Part shown: positions 38,418 to 47,999 of the stretch, one piece after another | Layout of the letters: the number at the start of each line of letters is the position of its first letter | Position numbering within the stretch: position 1 is the first letter of the stretch | Origin: Phycisphaerae bacterium | GTDB taxonomy: Bacteria > Planctomycetota > Phycisphaerae > FEN-1346 | Length of the DNA: 64,000 nt | Reading direction: 5' to 3' | NCBI GenBank assembly: GCA_035527275.1 | Contig: DATLBA010000076.1 | Span: forward strand, 34-64,033 | Program-made: the position numbers and the translations under genes | The notes under the pieces: generated by a model | Databases searched by the model: none | Seen by the model: only the letters and a program-made list of their open reading frames with translations | What the model was told of the DNA's origin: nothing

Positions 38418-39595
38418 GGCATCGTTCGACCGTGGCCGTGGACCTTGCGCGCATCGAGGCGAAAGTGGAGGCGGGCGAGCGGTTGAGCCGCGATGACGCG
38501 CTCGCGCTTTATGCCTCCGGCGACCTTGCGGCGCTCGGTCGCCTGGCCGACTGCGCGCGGCAGCGGCGCCACGGCCGCATCGCCTATTACATCGTCAACG
38601 CGCACGTCAATTACACCAACGTCTGCATCAACCGCTGCCGCTTCTGCGCGTTTGCGAGAGAGCCCGACGATTCGGAAGGCTACCTCCTCACGCCCGAAAA
38701 GGTGATTGAGCAGGCGGCGCCGGATGTCAAAGCGGGCGCGACGGAGGTCCACGCCGTCGGCGGCCTGCACCCGGAGGTGGACCTCGATTATTACCTGGCG
38801 CTGGTGGGGGGCTTGCGCGAGGCGTTTCCGGCCGTGTGCATTCAGGCGCTGACGGCGGTGGAAGTTGAGTATGCGGCCCGCCGGGCGGGGCTCGCGGTTC
38901 GCACGGTCCTTGAGCGGTTGAAGGAAGCGGGCCTGACGGGTCTACCGGGCGGCGGGGCGGAGATCTTCGATCCGGGCGTCCGCCGCCGCATCTGCCCCCG
39001 CAAGATCAGCGGCGCCGAGTGGCTCGACGTCCACCGCCGGGCCCACCGGGCGGGCCTGGCGACCAACGCCACGATGCTTTACGGCCACATCGAAGGACCT
39101 GAGCATCGCGTGGATCACCTGCTGGCGCTTCGTGACCTCCAGGAAGAGAGCCTGAGAGCAAACGGCGATGAGCAGGCGGGCCGGTTTCAGGCGTTCATCC
39201 CGCTCCCGTTTCACCCTGAGGGCACAGCCCTCTCGGACCTTCCCGGACCCACCGCTTACGATGACCTCAAGACGATGGCCGTCGCGCGGCTGGTGTTGGA
39301 TAATGTCGAGCACATCAAGGCATTCTGGATCATGCTGACGCCGGATTTGGCTCAAGTCGCCCTTCGGTTCGGCGCCGATGACATTGACGGCACGGTGGTG
39401 CGGGAGGAGATTACGCACGCCGCCGGCGCGCGCACGCCGGAGGCGCTCGCGCCGGATCAACTGCGATACCTTATCCATGCCGCCGGTTGCGAGCCGCTCG
39501 AGCGCGACACGCGGTATCGGCGAATTGTCCGGCAGGAGCGATTCGCCGATTGGACTATCCCTCCAGGGATTTCGCTTTCGGAAAGGAAACCATGA
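38414..39595 (+). CDS. radical SAM menaquinone biosynthesis enzyme of the MqnC/MqnE family (cyclic dehypoxanthinyl futalosine synthase or aminofutalosine synthase)
   Basis: CINRCRFCAF radical-SAM cluster motif with MqnC/MqnE-type length and conserved blocks. Start at ATG 38414 overlaps the ubiA stop (ATGA); the ORF-track start at 37727 is an in-frame artefact. Confidence 0.85.
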   Translation: MRHRSTVAVDLARIEAKVEAGERLSRDDALALYASGDLAALGRLADCARQRRHGRIAYYIVNAHVNYTNVCINRCRFCAFAREPDDSEGYLLTPEKVIEQAAPDVKAGATEVHAVGGLHPEVDLDYYLALVGGLREAFPAVCIQALTAVEVEYAARRAGLAVRTVLERLKEAGLTGLPGGGAEIFDPGVRRRICPRKISGAEWLDVHRRAHRAGLATNATMLYGHIEGPEHRVDHLLALRDLQEESLRANGDEQAGRFQAFIPLPFHPEGTALSDLPGPTAYDDLKTMAVARLVLDNVEHIKAFWIMLTPDLAQVALRFGADDIDGTVVREEITHAAGARTPEALAPDQLRYLIHAAGCEPLERDTRYRRIVRQERFADWTIPPGISLSERKP

Positions 39596-40131
39596 TTCGA
39601 AGAATGCCCCTGACAGGCAGACGACCGACGGGATGGATAGGCTTGCTGACGGCAGTGGTTGTCGGCGCGTCCTTGGCGGCGGGCTGTGGCGAAGAGCCGG
39701 AGCCTCAGGCTTTACCGAGGAGCAACGGCGACGAGCCTTCGGAGCCGCCGCGAATCATCGCCCTTCGACCCCTCGACGGGGCGCAAGAAGCAAGTTTGCA
39801 CCCGACGTTTCGGTGGCAACTTCCGAACGAGGTCGCGGTCCCGACGTCCGTCTCGTTCATCCTGACCGAAATATGCGGCGGGCCGGACTCGTCGGAGGCG
39901 GAAGCCGGGGAAAAGCCGATTGCGAGGGCCAGCGGCCTGCACAATACGAGTCCGAGGGAACTTGACCCCTGGAACCCTCCGCCCGGCGTCATCATGACCG
40001 GAGCGGTGCGGCAAACGGAGGGGCTGAAACCAGAGACGTGGTGCCGGTGGACGGTTCGTGCGATTAGCGCGCACGATCAGGCGGCCGCGACGTTCCACTT
40101 TCGAACCGGGAAGGCGAAGCCCGCACCGTAA
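39592..40131 (+). CDS. hypothetical lipoprotein, translationally coupled to the mqn radical SAM gene
   Basis: ATG 39592 overlaps the upstream stop (ATGA). Signal peptide with LAAGCG lipobox. No known domain. Confidence 0.5.
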   Translation: MIRRMPLTGRRPTGWIGLLTAVVVGASLAAGCGEEPEPQALPRSNGDEPSEPPRIIALRPLDGAQEASLHPTFRWQLPNEVAVPTSVSFILTEICGGPDSSEAEAGEKPIARASGLHNTSPRELDPWNPPPGVIMTGAVRQTEGLKPETWCRWTVRAISAHDQAAATFHFRTGKAKPAP

Positions 40132-40176
40132 CCTCGCCCCTGCGTAAGCGGCGCCGCACGCGAGGCAAACAGGGGT

Positions 40177-41271
40177 TTACACACCGAAACTGGTGCCGAC
40201 TGATTTGGCGACGGCAATGAGGGAATCGTCCGGCGGCACGAGGCGCGGGCCGGCGGCGGCCTCCTCGATCGGCACGTCCGTGAGGCGACCCTTCTGCCAC
40301 GACGCCATGCGCCCCCATCGTCCCTCGGCCACCAACTCGGCCGCCTTGAAGCCGAGACTGGTGGCAAAGACCCGGTCGAAGGGGCACGGCGTCCCGCCGC
40401 GCTGAACGTAGCCGAGGATCGTTGCGCGCGAGACAATTCCGGTTGCCTGCTCGATGGTGGTCGAGACGAGGCGTCCGATGCCGCCGAGGCGAACCGGGTC
40501 GGGGCTGCCTTCGACATATCGGCGGACAACCATCTCGCCGCCTTCTGCCCGGCCGCCTTCCGCCGCGCAGACGATGGTGAATCGTTTGCCGCGCCCGTCC
40601 CGCTTGCGGCACACGTCGAAGACGGGTTCCCACTTGAACGGTATCTCGGGGATGAGGATCACGTCGGACCCGCTGGCGATGCCGGCGTGAAGGGCCAGCC
40701 AACCGGCGTATCGGCCCATGACCTCGGCCACCATGACCCGGTGATGGGCGCTGGCGGTGGTGTGGAGGCGGTCCAGGGCCTCGGTCGCCACGTTCACGGC
40801 GCTCTGGAAGCCGAACGTCCGTTCCGTTCCACGGACGTCGTTGTCGATGGTTTTGGGGACGCCGACGATGGGCATCCCGGCCTGGGCAAGACGGCCCGCG
40901 ATGCTCATCGACCCGTCGCCGCCGATGACCACGAGGCCGTCAAGACGGTGCCGCGCGAACACCGCCAGGGCGTCTTCGCTCCGATTCGTGGTGCGCACCT
41001 CGCCGTCAACCACCTCGTGCCACTCGAACGGATTTGCCGTGTTGCTCGTCCCGAGGATTGTCCCGCCGAGGGTCAGGATGTTCGAGACGGCCTGCCAGTC
41101 GAGCCGCTGGGTGCGGTCGAGGACCAGCCCGTCGTAGCCGTCCAGGAATCCGACGATCTCCGCGCCGTGCTCGTGCATGAGGGTCTTGGCGATGGCGCGG
41201 ATGACGGCGTTCAGACCCGGACAATCCCCGCCGCCCGTCAGGACGCCGATGCGCTTGGCCTTTTTTGCCAT
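40177..41271 (-). CDS. pfkA: 6-phosphofructokinase
   Basis: GVLTGGGDCPGLNAVIRA, IGGDGS and PKTIDNDV motifs. Start at ATG 41271 (MAKKAKRIGVLTGGG). GGAAGGGA RBS. Confidence 0.85.
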   Translation of the reverse strand: MAKKAKRIGVLTGGGDCPGLNAVIRAIAKTLMHEHGAEIVGFLDGYDGLVLDRTQRLDWQAVSNILTLGGTILGTSNTANPFEWHEVVDGEVRTTNRSEDALAVFARHRLDGLVVIGGDGSMSIAGRLAQAGMPIVGVPKTIDNDVRGTERTFGFQSAVNVATEALDRLHTTASAHHRVMVAEVMGRYAGWLALHAGIASGSDVILIPEIPFKWEPVFDVCRKRDGRGKRFTIVCAAEGGRAEGGEMVVRRYVEGSPDPVRLGGIGRLVSTTIEQATGIVSRATILGYVQRGGTPCPFDRVFATSLGFKAAELVAEGRWGRMASWQKGRLTDVPIEEAAAGPRLVPPDDSLIAVAKSVGTSFGV

Positions 41272-41439
41272 CGTGCAGGTCCCTTCCAGGATTGCAGCCG
41301 GAGCGATTTTAGGGTCAGGTTCGCAGGAGTCCAAGCGGAAAACGGAACCATTTGTCGCGGCGTGCGTCCAATTGGCGAGAGGAGGGTGCGTTCAAGCCGC
41401 CAGCCCCGGCCGCGGGACCCTTTTTTAAGGAGCGAAACG

Positions 41440-42120
41440 ATGCGCGATTGCCTGAGCGTTGCCGCACTGGTGATCTGCGTGGCGATGGTCACGGGGGGAT
41501 GCGAGAACACGCGCGCGCCGGCTGCGGGCGAAGCCTACGAGCCGGAGGCGCCGCGGGCGGCGCTCGTCAAGTGGCACCAGTCGCTCGCTTTCGGCGACAA
41601 ATCGCGATACCTTTCCTGTTTCGTCGGCTCGGAGGACGAACTGGTCCTGGCGCTGGCGGTCTTCGACGCCGTCCACGCCGCCCACGCGTTCCACGATGCC
41701 GTTGTCCGAGCCTACGGCCCGGAGGCGTGGCAGGCGTTTGAGGCCTCGCCGCAGGCGCGCGTCGTCCTTTTCCCGCGCGAGGACACGTGGCCGGCGCGGG
41801 TGACGGTGGTCCGGACGGGCGCCATCGCGTTCGGCTATTTGCCGCATGCCCGCCTGCCCCTGCACCTTGCGGAGGGGGGAGGCGCCTGGCGGATCCACGC
41901 GGGGAGCCTCGTTCCCCCGGGCCAGACGGCGGAGCGGGCGGCGTATTACCTGTTTCGCTGGGCGGCGGCGCTTCAGGAAATGACGCTTCGCGTCGGCCAG
42001 CCGGGGGTCGCGGCCTCCGAGGTGGCTCCGGAGGCGGCCCGCGAAGCGTTCAAAGCGAAAGTCGGAGAGGAACAATTCGACGACGCCGACAAGGCCGTCC
42101 AGCACATGATGATGCACTGA
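41440..42120 (+). CDS. hypothetical lipoprotein
   Basis: AAGGAG RBS 7 nt upstream of ATG 41440. Signal peptide with VTGGCEN lipobox. The long in-frame upstream ORF (from 40687) is antisense to pfk and rejected. Confidence 0.55.
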   Translation: MRDCLSVAALVICVAMVTGGCENTRAPAAGEAYEPEAPRAALVKWHQSLAFGDKSRYLSCFVGSEDELVLALAVFDAVHAAHAFHDAVVRAYGPEAWQAFEASPQARVVLFPREDTWPARVTVVRTGAIAFGYLPHARLPLHLAEGGGAWRIHAGSLVPPGQTAERAAYYLFRWAAALQEMTLRVGQPGVAASEVAPEAAREAFKAKVGEEQFDDADKAVQHMMMH

Positions 42121-42163
42121 TGCCCGAGCGGCTCGCCTTCTCTCGGGTCGTGCGCGAACCGCT

Positions 42164-43189
42164 TCAGCAGATGCGCGGCAGGTCTTCGCCGTAGGGCATC
42201 TCCAGCACGCGCTCACCGCCGATCCGCGTCCGAAGCACCACCCGCGCGCCGGCCGTCGGCGCCTCGGTCACTTCGCCGATGAGGGCAGCCTCGCGGCCCA
42301 GCGCGTGGTCCCACATCGCCGCAAGCGCCGCCTCCGCTTCCCCCGGCGCGACGACCGCGACGAACTTGCCCTCGTTCGCCACGTTCAGCACGTCGAGCCC
42401 GAGCACTTCGCACGCGCCGGCGACCGCCGGCCGCACGGGGATGCTCGACTCTTCGAGCCTCATGCCGATGCCTGCCGCTTCGGCCAACTCGTTAACCGCC
42501 GCCGCAAGGCCCCCGCGCGTCGGATCCTTCAGCGCCCGAAGCCCCGGGCAGGCCGCAAGCACTGCCTCGGCAAGGCCCCAGAGCGGCGCCACGTCGCTCC
42601 TAACCGACGATTCAAACGCAAGCCCTTCTCGCCGGCTCATCACCGCGATGCCGTGGTCGCCCAGCGTGCCGGACACCAGGACCCGGTCGCCGCGTTGGAT
42701 GGCTTCGGGCCCCAGAGCTCGCCCATCCTCGATGACACCGATGCCCGCCGTGTTGATGAACATGCCGTCGGCGCTTCCGCGCTCGACCACTTTCGTGTCG
42801 CCGCAGACGACTTCGGCGCCCGCCTCGCGCGCCGTGCGGGCCGCCGAGTCCAGCATCTTGCGCAGTGTCGCCAGCGGCAGCCCTTCTTCAAGAATCAGCG
42901 CGAGCGCCAGCGCAACCGGCCGCGCCGCCGCACACGCCAGGTCGTTGACCGTGCCGGCCACTGCCAGCCGGCCGATGTCCCCGCCGGGAAACTCCAATGG
43001 CTGCACCACGTATGAATCGGTCGTAAAGGCAATTGGTGCGCCGGGCGCTTCGAGGCGCGCCGCATCGGCCAGGCGCGCCAGTTCCCCGCGGCCCGCCGGA
43101 GCGAATCGCGCGAGGATCTCACGGCGCACCAGGTTCATCATGCGTTCGCCGCCGCCACCGTCGGCAAGCAGAATGATGTCGTCAGGCAT
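42164..43189 (-). CDS. hypE: HypE-family protein (hydrogenase maturation carbamoyl dehydratase type; PurM-like fold)
   Basis: PurM-like N and C domains, HypE-length 341 aa, ending in the HypE-specific C-terminal ...PRIC. GGAGGTGAGG RBS. Confidence 0.65.
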   Translation of the reverse strand: MPDDIILLADGGGGERMMNLVRREILARFAPAGRGELARLADAARLEAPGAPIAFTTDSYVVQPLEFPGGDIGRLAVAGTVNDLACAAARPVALALALILEEGLPLATLRKMLDSAARTAREAGAEVVCGDTKVVERGSADGMFINTAGIGVIEDGRALGPEAIQRGDRVLVSGTLGDHGIAVMSRREGLAFESSVRSDVAPLWGLAEAVLAACPGLRALKDPTRGGLAAAVNELAEAAGIGMRLEESSIPVRPAVAGACEVLGLDVLNVANEGKFVAVVAPGEAEAALAAMWDHALGREAALIGEVTEAPTAGARVVLRTRIGGERVLEMPYGEDLPRIC

Positions 43190-43229
43190 AGGTTGGCCTC
43201 ACCTCCCGCGCCGGACAAGCGTCGCGAGG

Positions 43230-43973
43230 CTAGGTGACCGAGACTTCCAGGCCCTCCGGGTCCAGCACCACGTTGACCGAGGCCCGGAAGTTGGCTTCGT
43301 CGCGAACAAAGGCAAGGTAACGTTCCAGCCGCTTGGCTGCGTTGACGCTGTTGTGGGCCAGGACGATCGCACCCACCGGCAGGCGGTCATAGCAGGCCCG
43401 CAGAATATCCAGGTAGATGCCTTTACCGCGTTCCTTGTCGCCGTCAGCGTCGAGATACAGCAGGTCGATCGGCTCGGGGAAGTCCCGGGCGACGTCGATA
43501 GCATCGGCGGCGACCACGCGAGCGGTGCCCGTCGGGTCGATCCGCCGGACGTTTCGCTCGGCCCGTTCGGCCTCGGCCGGCTTGATCTCCACGCCCAGGC
43601 ATTGCTTAGCCTGGTAGCACGCGCCGGGGCCCACCGCCGCGCCGGCGTTGGAGATGAACGTATTTCCGCAGAACACGCCCGCGGCGATCATGTTAGCCGG
43701 CCGGCGGATGGCATTGATCGCCCAGATCAGCCGCTGTACCCGCGGCGATATCCCTGTCCAAGGGATCTCAAACTGCTCGGCCACCGCGGCCCGGTGGGCT
43801 AGGAACTTCTCGCGGTCGTAGTCGGTGTGGGGCAGGATACCCTCCCTCTGCAGGGCTTCCAACGCCTCGTCGACGGCAGCGATTTCCTGCTCGGCCGGCT
43901 CGAGCTGCCGGTGCGGCTCGCAATAATTCATGCGGTAACTCTGCCAGTCCTCGGTGCGGAATTCCTGGGACAC
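43230..43973 (-). CDS. class I SAM-dependent methyltransferase, TylF/MycF-like fold
   Basis: LYLDADGDKERGKGIYLDILRACYDRLPVGAIVLAHN resembles the macrocin-O-MT / Mg-dependent MT core. GTG 43973 has AGGAG 7 nt upstream; alternative ATG at 43931. Confidence 0.55.
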   Translation of the reverse strand: MSQEFRTEDWQSYRMNYCEPHRQLEPAEQEIAAVDEALEALQREGILPHTDYDREKFLAHRAAVAEQFEIPWTGISPRVQRLIWAINAIRRPANMIAAGVFCGNTFISNAGAAVGPGACYQAKQCLGVEIKPAEAERAERNVRRIDPTGTARVVAADAIDVARDFPEPIDLLYLDADGDKERGKGIYLDILRACYDRLPVGAIVLAHNSVNAAKRLERYLAFVRDEANFRASVNVVLDPEGLEVSVT

Positions 43974-44429
43974 TTGCGGCTCCTGTCCTGTGCTGAACCC
44001 GAATCCTAGTCATCGACCCCCGAATTACAAGGGCGCATCGAGCGATTATTTCCCCTTCACTCGGCGTGCCGTCGACTACTGAACAAGAGCAGACCCATCC
44101 GTTCCCTTGACGACGGGTTCTTCGGTTTCGCCGGTTTCCTTTCGGGTTTCTTTTCGGCGGCGCGGATAGCGGCGATCTCGCGGCGGCGTTGAGCAGGGGT
44201 CATTTCGGCCGGCCGTCAAGGCGTTCGTCTCTTCACGCGCCGCAGGGGACCGCAGCGTAATGAATTGCGTATGACTCGGGCTTGGCGGCATCACGCTTCA
44301 GGGCGAAAGCCGACGGCCCTGAGACGGCCACGCGGAAAGGGTCATCAGAGGCCCGTGCAATCGTGCGTCCGGCCCCGGCTGCCAAATCTTGGCGGGCAGG
44401 CGGCCGAAGCGCGCCCTCCAGCAACCGCG

Positions 44430-44459
44430 CCGGGCTACGACGGCCTGCTGGTCCAGCCG
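44430..44459. repeat. 30-bp exact direct repeat; second copy at 47100-47129 inside the GH gene
   Basis: CCGGGCTACGACGGCCTGCTGGTCCAGCCG is identical at both sites. Flanks diverge immediately. Confidence 0.9.
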
Positions 44460-44777
44460 CTCCGCCTCGTCCTCGGTGAGTTCCCCGCGCAAGGCCGCAA
44501 CCAGAATCGCCTTCATTTCCGCATCCGTGCTCGTGCGTTGTCGCATGCCGGCCTACGTTGCAAGACGCAGGCCAAGACCTGGCCCCGAACCAGCCAGTCC
44601 TGTTATGGTTTGACGATAGAACCTGCCCCAATTATAAGCGTCTTCGTTGCAAACGGGCGACGTGTTACTTCATCCGGAAGACTCAAGTTGAGACCGTTGC
44701 AGTACCGCGAGTCGCTACGGCTGTCTCAATTTTAGAAATGCTGGTTCCCATTTGCCGACGAGATGGAAGGAGACCCT

Positions 44778-47700
44778 ATGGCTATTCCACGCGCCGCGAG
44801 CCTGATACCGATCCTCCTGGCGCTGCTGCCCGTTTCGCACGCGACGGGAAGGGGTGTGACGATCGAGAAGGGCGACAGGGCCGTCATGGAGCTGTTGGAT
44901 GAGGACCTGCCTCTCTACAAGGTCACAGCCGACACGTACGAGGCGAAGGTCTACCCCGACGGCCGCGTGCGGATTACGGCGCGAAAGAACGAGATCATCA
45001 AGAATCTGGTGTTGAGCCTGGGCCGTTCGGACAAGCGGCTGGGGGACATCCAGTTGGAAAAGGGTGACCGGATCACCCTCTGGGAAGGCGAGCCCCGCGA
45101 GAGGCCGAAGGGCGACGACCCGGGCCTCGGCGAGCGGGGGCTGCTGGGGATCACCCTTCACTTCCAGCCCGATCGAGTGAGCATCATCCCGCAAGGCCTG
45201 CAGGAGGGGCCGGGCAAGACGAACCCGTCGCCGGCCTTCAACCTCTACGGCGTGTTCGGCGACGATGCTGTCGCCGTCCGCAACGTCCGCAACAGCGTCG
45301 AAGACGCCCTGCCGACGCGGCGCATCTGCGGCCCGCACATCTTCTCCTCCTATGGCCATCTTGGCCACTACTGGCCCGACGTGGACGTCACCTGCCGCAA
45401 CGGCGTCGTGATGGAGCTGCGGGGCATCACCGGCGTGTCGCACTCCGCGATCGGCCGGGGGGATCCGCACGTCAACGTCTCGCTCAAGTCCAAGCGCGGC
45501 TTCTGGGCGCTGAGCGACGCGAAGAAGGGCGCCCCGCTGACACTCGTCATCCGGCCTGCGGACAAGGCCAAGGCCACCGAGCCCGCGCCGTACTATACCG
45601 TCCGGGCGGGCAAGACCAGGGGTATGTTCTGCGAGAACGAGCGCGTCCTGTATCACCTCGATTTCGCCCCTGACTATCTCGTGCCGGGCAGGTACCGCCT
45701 GCAATGGACGCTGGAGGACCACCGTCAGGTTCCGGCCGGTTCGGGCGAGACGGACTTCACGATTAAGGCCGGCGCGCCCGAGTCGCTGGCGGTCGATCTG
45801 ACGCCGGAGGCGATGGGGTACTTCCGCGCCGGACTGGTCCTGGCGCGGGCTGACGGCAAGAAGGTCGCGCGGAGGACGCACGAGTTTTCCTTCGCACGCC
45901 TCCGGCTGGAGGTGCCGGCACTGCGAGACCGGTCCGGCGTCGACGAGGAGCTTCTCTGGGCCAATATCCTCGGCATGCGCGGGTTCCGCTGCACGCCTTC
46001 GCTCACAGAGATCTGGGTCCGTCACCGCGACCCCAACGGCGAGATCAACTGGGACAATTACCGGAAGGATCTGGAGAGCTACCTGAAGATCGCGCGGCAG
46101 GGCACGGTGAAGAACATCGTCTTCCTGATGAGCGGAAGCCCCAACGAGAAGGCCCTAGAGGAGTTCTTCCAGAAGAAGTACCCCGACGCGACCGAGCGAA
46201 AGGCCAAGATCGACGAGGCCCGCCGGCGCTGGCCGCGCGACTGGGCGAGGCAGGCGGCCCAATGCGGCATCCACGCCTGGGAACCCATCAACGAGCCGGA
46301 CCTCAGCATGCCGCAGGAGCGATATATCGAAGATTTCCTGAAGGGCCAGTACCCGGCCGTCAAGGCGGGCGACCCGAAGGCAAACTTCCTTGGCGGCAGC
46401 CTGTGCGGGCTGTCCAAGTACAACTGGTTGCGCAATCTTTACGAGCTCGGCGGCGGGGAGTTCTTCGACGGGGTCTCCTTCCATCCGTACACCGCCCTGG
46501 GATTCCGGGAGGCTTACCGCGCGGAGATCGAGCAGTGGTGGCAGGTCATGCGGGACTTCAAGGCCGATCTCCGCCAGGGGCTCTGGATGACGGAGTCCGC
46601 GCGGCACCGCGGGTGGGGCTTCAACACCTATATCTACGACCGCTTCAACGCGCGGCGCGAGAGCCATGCCTCCGATCTGGCCCACATGCTCCTCAACGCC
46701 GAAGGCATGGGGATTCCCCGCGACCGCGTCTACGTGTTCTATCTCGTCGAGCACGGGTATAACGACTTCTATCTCATGCGGCGGACCGAGCCGACGTCCG
46801 CGGCCATCTCGCTTCAGGTCATGAACGAGTGCCTGCGCGACGCAGCGTTCGTCCGGGAACTCCCGCTTCCCGGCAACGGGCACCACTTCCAGCTCTACCG
46901 GGACAAGACGCGGACGGTCGCCGTCGCCTTCACCGGAAACGAGCCCGACGGCCTGGAGGTGCTGACCGACGCGACGGAGGTCGTCCTGACCGACCTGATG
47001 GGCAACCGCCGGAAGGTTCGGCCGAAGGACGGGCGATTCCGCGTGACGATCAGCGGCGACCCCACCTATATGCAGGTCGGCCCCGACCACGCCATCGCCC
47101 CGGGCTACGACGGCCTGCTGGTCCAGCCGAACCTCGCCGTCACCACGCTGGGTGCGACGGCGGCGGCGTCTTCCGTCGAAAAGCCCAAGCCCGACAACGG
47201 CGGCGCAAGGGCGCTGCCGCCCCTGGGGCCCAAGGCCGCTATCAGCGGCGATGCGACGTGCTATACGAGCGCCCAGGCCTACAACGGCCGAAATCGCGGC
47301 TGGGACGAGGACGACGGCGGCAAGGACAAGTGGCCGGACTGGCTCGAGGTCAAGCTCCCCCGGCCGGCGGCCGTGTCACGGGTGCGCGTGTACCACGATT
47401 ACGGCGCGTGGGAGCGGACGCTGCGGGACTACGACGTGCAGGCCTTCGTGGGCGGGCAGTGGAAGACGGTCGACCAAGTGCGTGGCAACTACTACCGTGA
47501 CGTCTACGACCACCAGTTCGCCCCTGTCACCACCGACCGCGTGCGCGTGCTGATCCACATGGTCAACAGCTGCCTGTTCGAGAACCTGGAGTGGATTCCC
47601 AAGCTGTCGACGCTGCGTGCGGTGGAGGTCTATGCCCAGCCGACCGGCAAGGCCAAGGCGTTCTTCGTCCGCGAGGTCCTGCGGAAGCGCGTCGTCGCCC

Positions 47701-47999
47701 CCGGCGGCCGGATCACCCTCCGGTTCCGGGTCCGCAACATCACGAAGGCGAAGCTGACCGGCACGGTTCGGGTGTGCTTGCCGGACCTCGTCACCGCCCA
47801 GCCTGCGGCGCAAAAGGTGACGCTCGAGCCGGACGCCGAAACCGAGTGCACCTTCATGGTAGCTGTGGACCCAAAGGCCGCTGTGGGCCTCTATACGGTC
47901 CTGGCCGGCCTGTACGAGGGCGACAAGATGATCTGCGCCGACTACGCGACGCGCGTCCTGTGCTGTAAGAACGCGCCCAAGGGCGAGCCGAAGCCCTGA
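44778..47999 (+). CDS. large secreted glycoside hydrolase (clan GH-A-like catalytic region) with a C-terminal discoidin / F5-8 type C-like domain
   Basis: Signal peptide MAIPRAASLIPILLALLPVSHA. GGAAGGAG RBS 4 nt upstream. HAWEPINEPD (NEP acid/base-type motif). C-terminal NGRNRGWDEDDGG...WLEVKL...VRV block typical of galactose-binding-like domains. Confidence 0.6.
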   Translation: MAIPRAASLIPILLALLPVSHATGRGVTIEKGDRAVMELLDEDLPLYKVTADTYEAKVYPDGRVRITARKNEIIKNLVLSLGRSDKRLGDIQLEKGDRITLWEGEPRERPKGDDPGLGERGLLGITLHFQPDRVSIIPQGLQEGPGKTNPSPAFNLYGVFGDDAVAVRNVRNSVEDALPTRRICGPHIFSSYGHLGHYWPDVDVTCRNGVVMELRGITGVSHSAIGRGDPHVNVSLKSKRGFWALSDAKKGAPLTLVIRPADKAKATEPAPYYTVRAGKTRGMFCENERVLYHLDFAPDYLVPGRYRLQWTLEDHRQVPAGSGETDFTIKAGAPESLAVDLTPEAMGYFRAGLVLARADGKKVARRTHEFSFARLRLEVPALRDRSGVDEELLWANILGMRGFRCTPSLTEIWVRHRDPNGEINWDNYRKDLESYLKIARQGTVKNIVFLMSGSPNEKALEEFFQKKYPDATERKAKIDEARRRWPRDWARQAAQCGIHAWEPINEPDLSMPQERYIEDFLKGQYPAVKAGDPKANFLGGSLCGLSKYNWLRNLYELGGGEFFDGVSFHPYTALGFREAYRAEIEQWWQVMRDFKADLRQGLWMTESARHRGWGFNTYIYDRFNARRESHASDLAHMLLNAEGMGIPRDRVYVFYLVEHGYNDFYLMRRTEPTSAAISLQVMNECLRDAAFVRELPLPGNGHHFQLYRDKTRTVAVAFTGNEPDGLEVLTDATEVVLTDLMGNRRKVRPKDGRFRVTISGDPTYMQVGPDHAIAPGYDGLLVQPNLAVTTLGATAAASSVEKPKPDNGGARALPPLGPKAAISGDATCYTSAQAYNGRNRGWDEDDGGKDKWPDWLEVKLPRPAAVSRVRVYHDYGAWERTLRDYDVQAFVGGQWKTVDQVRGNYYRDVYDHQFAPVTTDRVRVLIHMVNSCLFENLEWIPKLSTLRAVEVYAQPTGKAKAFFVREVLRKRVVAPGGRITLRFRVRNITKAKLTGTVRVCLPDLVTAQPAAQKVTLEPDAETECTFMVAVDPKAAVGLYTVLAGLYEGDKMICADYATRVLCCKNAPKGEPKP

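Noticed and set aside
44298-44546. Minus-strand ORF whose N-terminus MKAILVAALRGELTEDEAERL faintly resembles the HTH start of IS3-family OrfA transposases; it overlaps the 30-bp repeat.
   Set aside because: Similarity is limited to ~20 aa and the rest is low complexity. No inverted repeats or orfB nearby. Insufficient to call an IS remnant.
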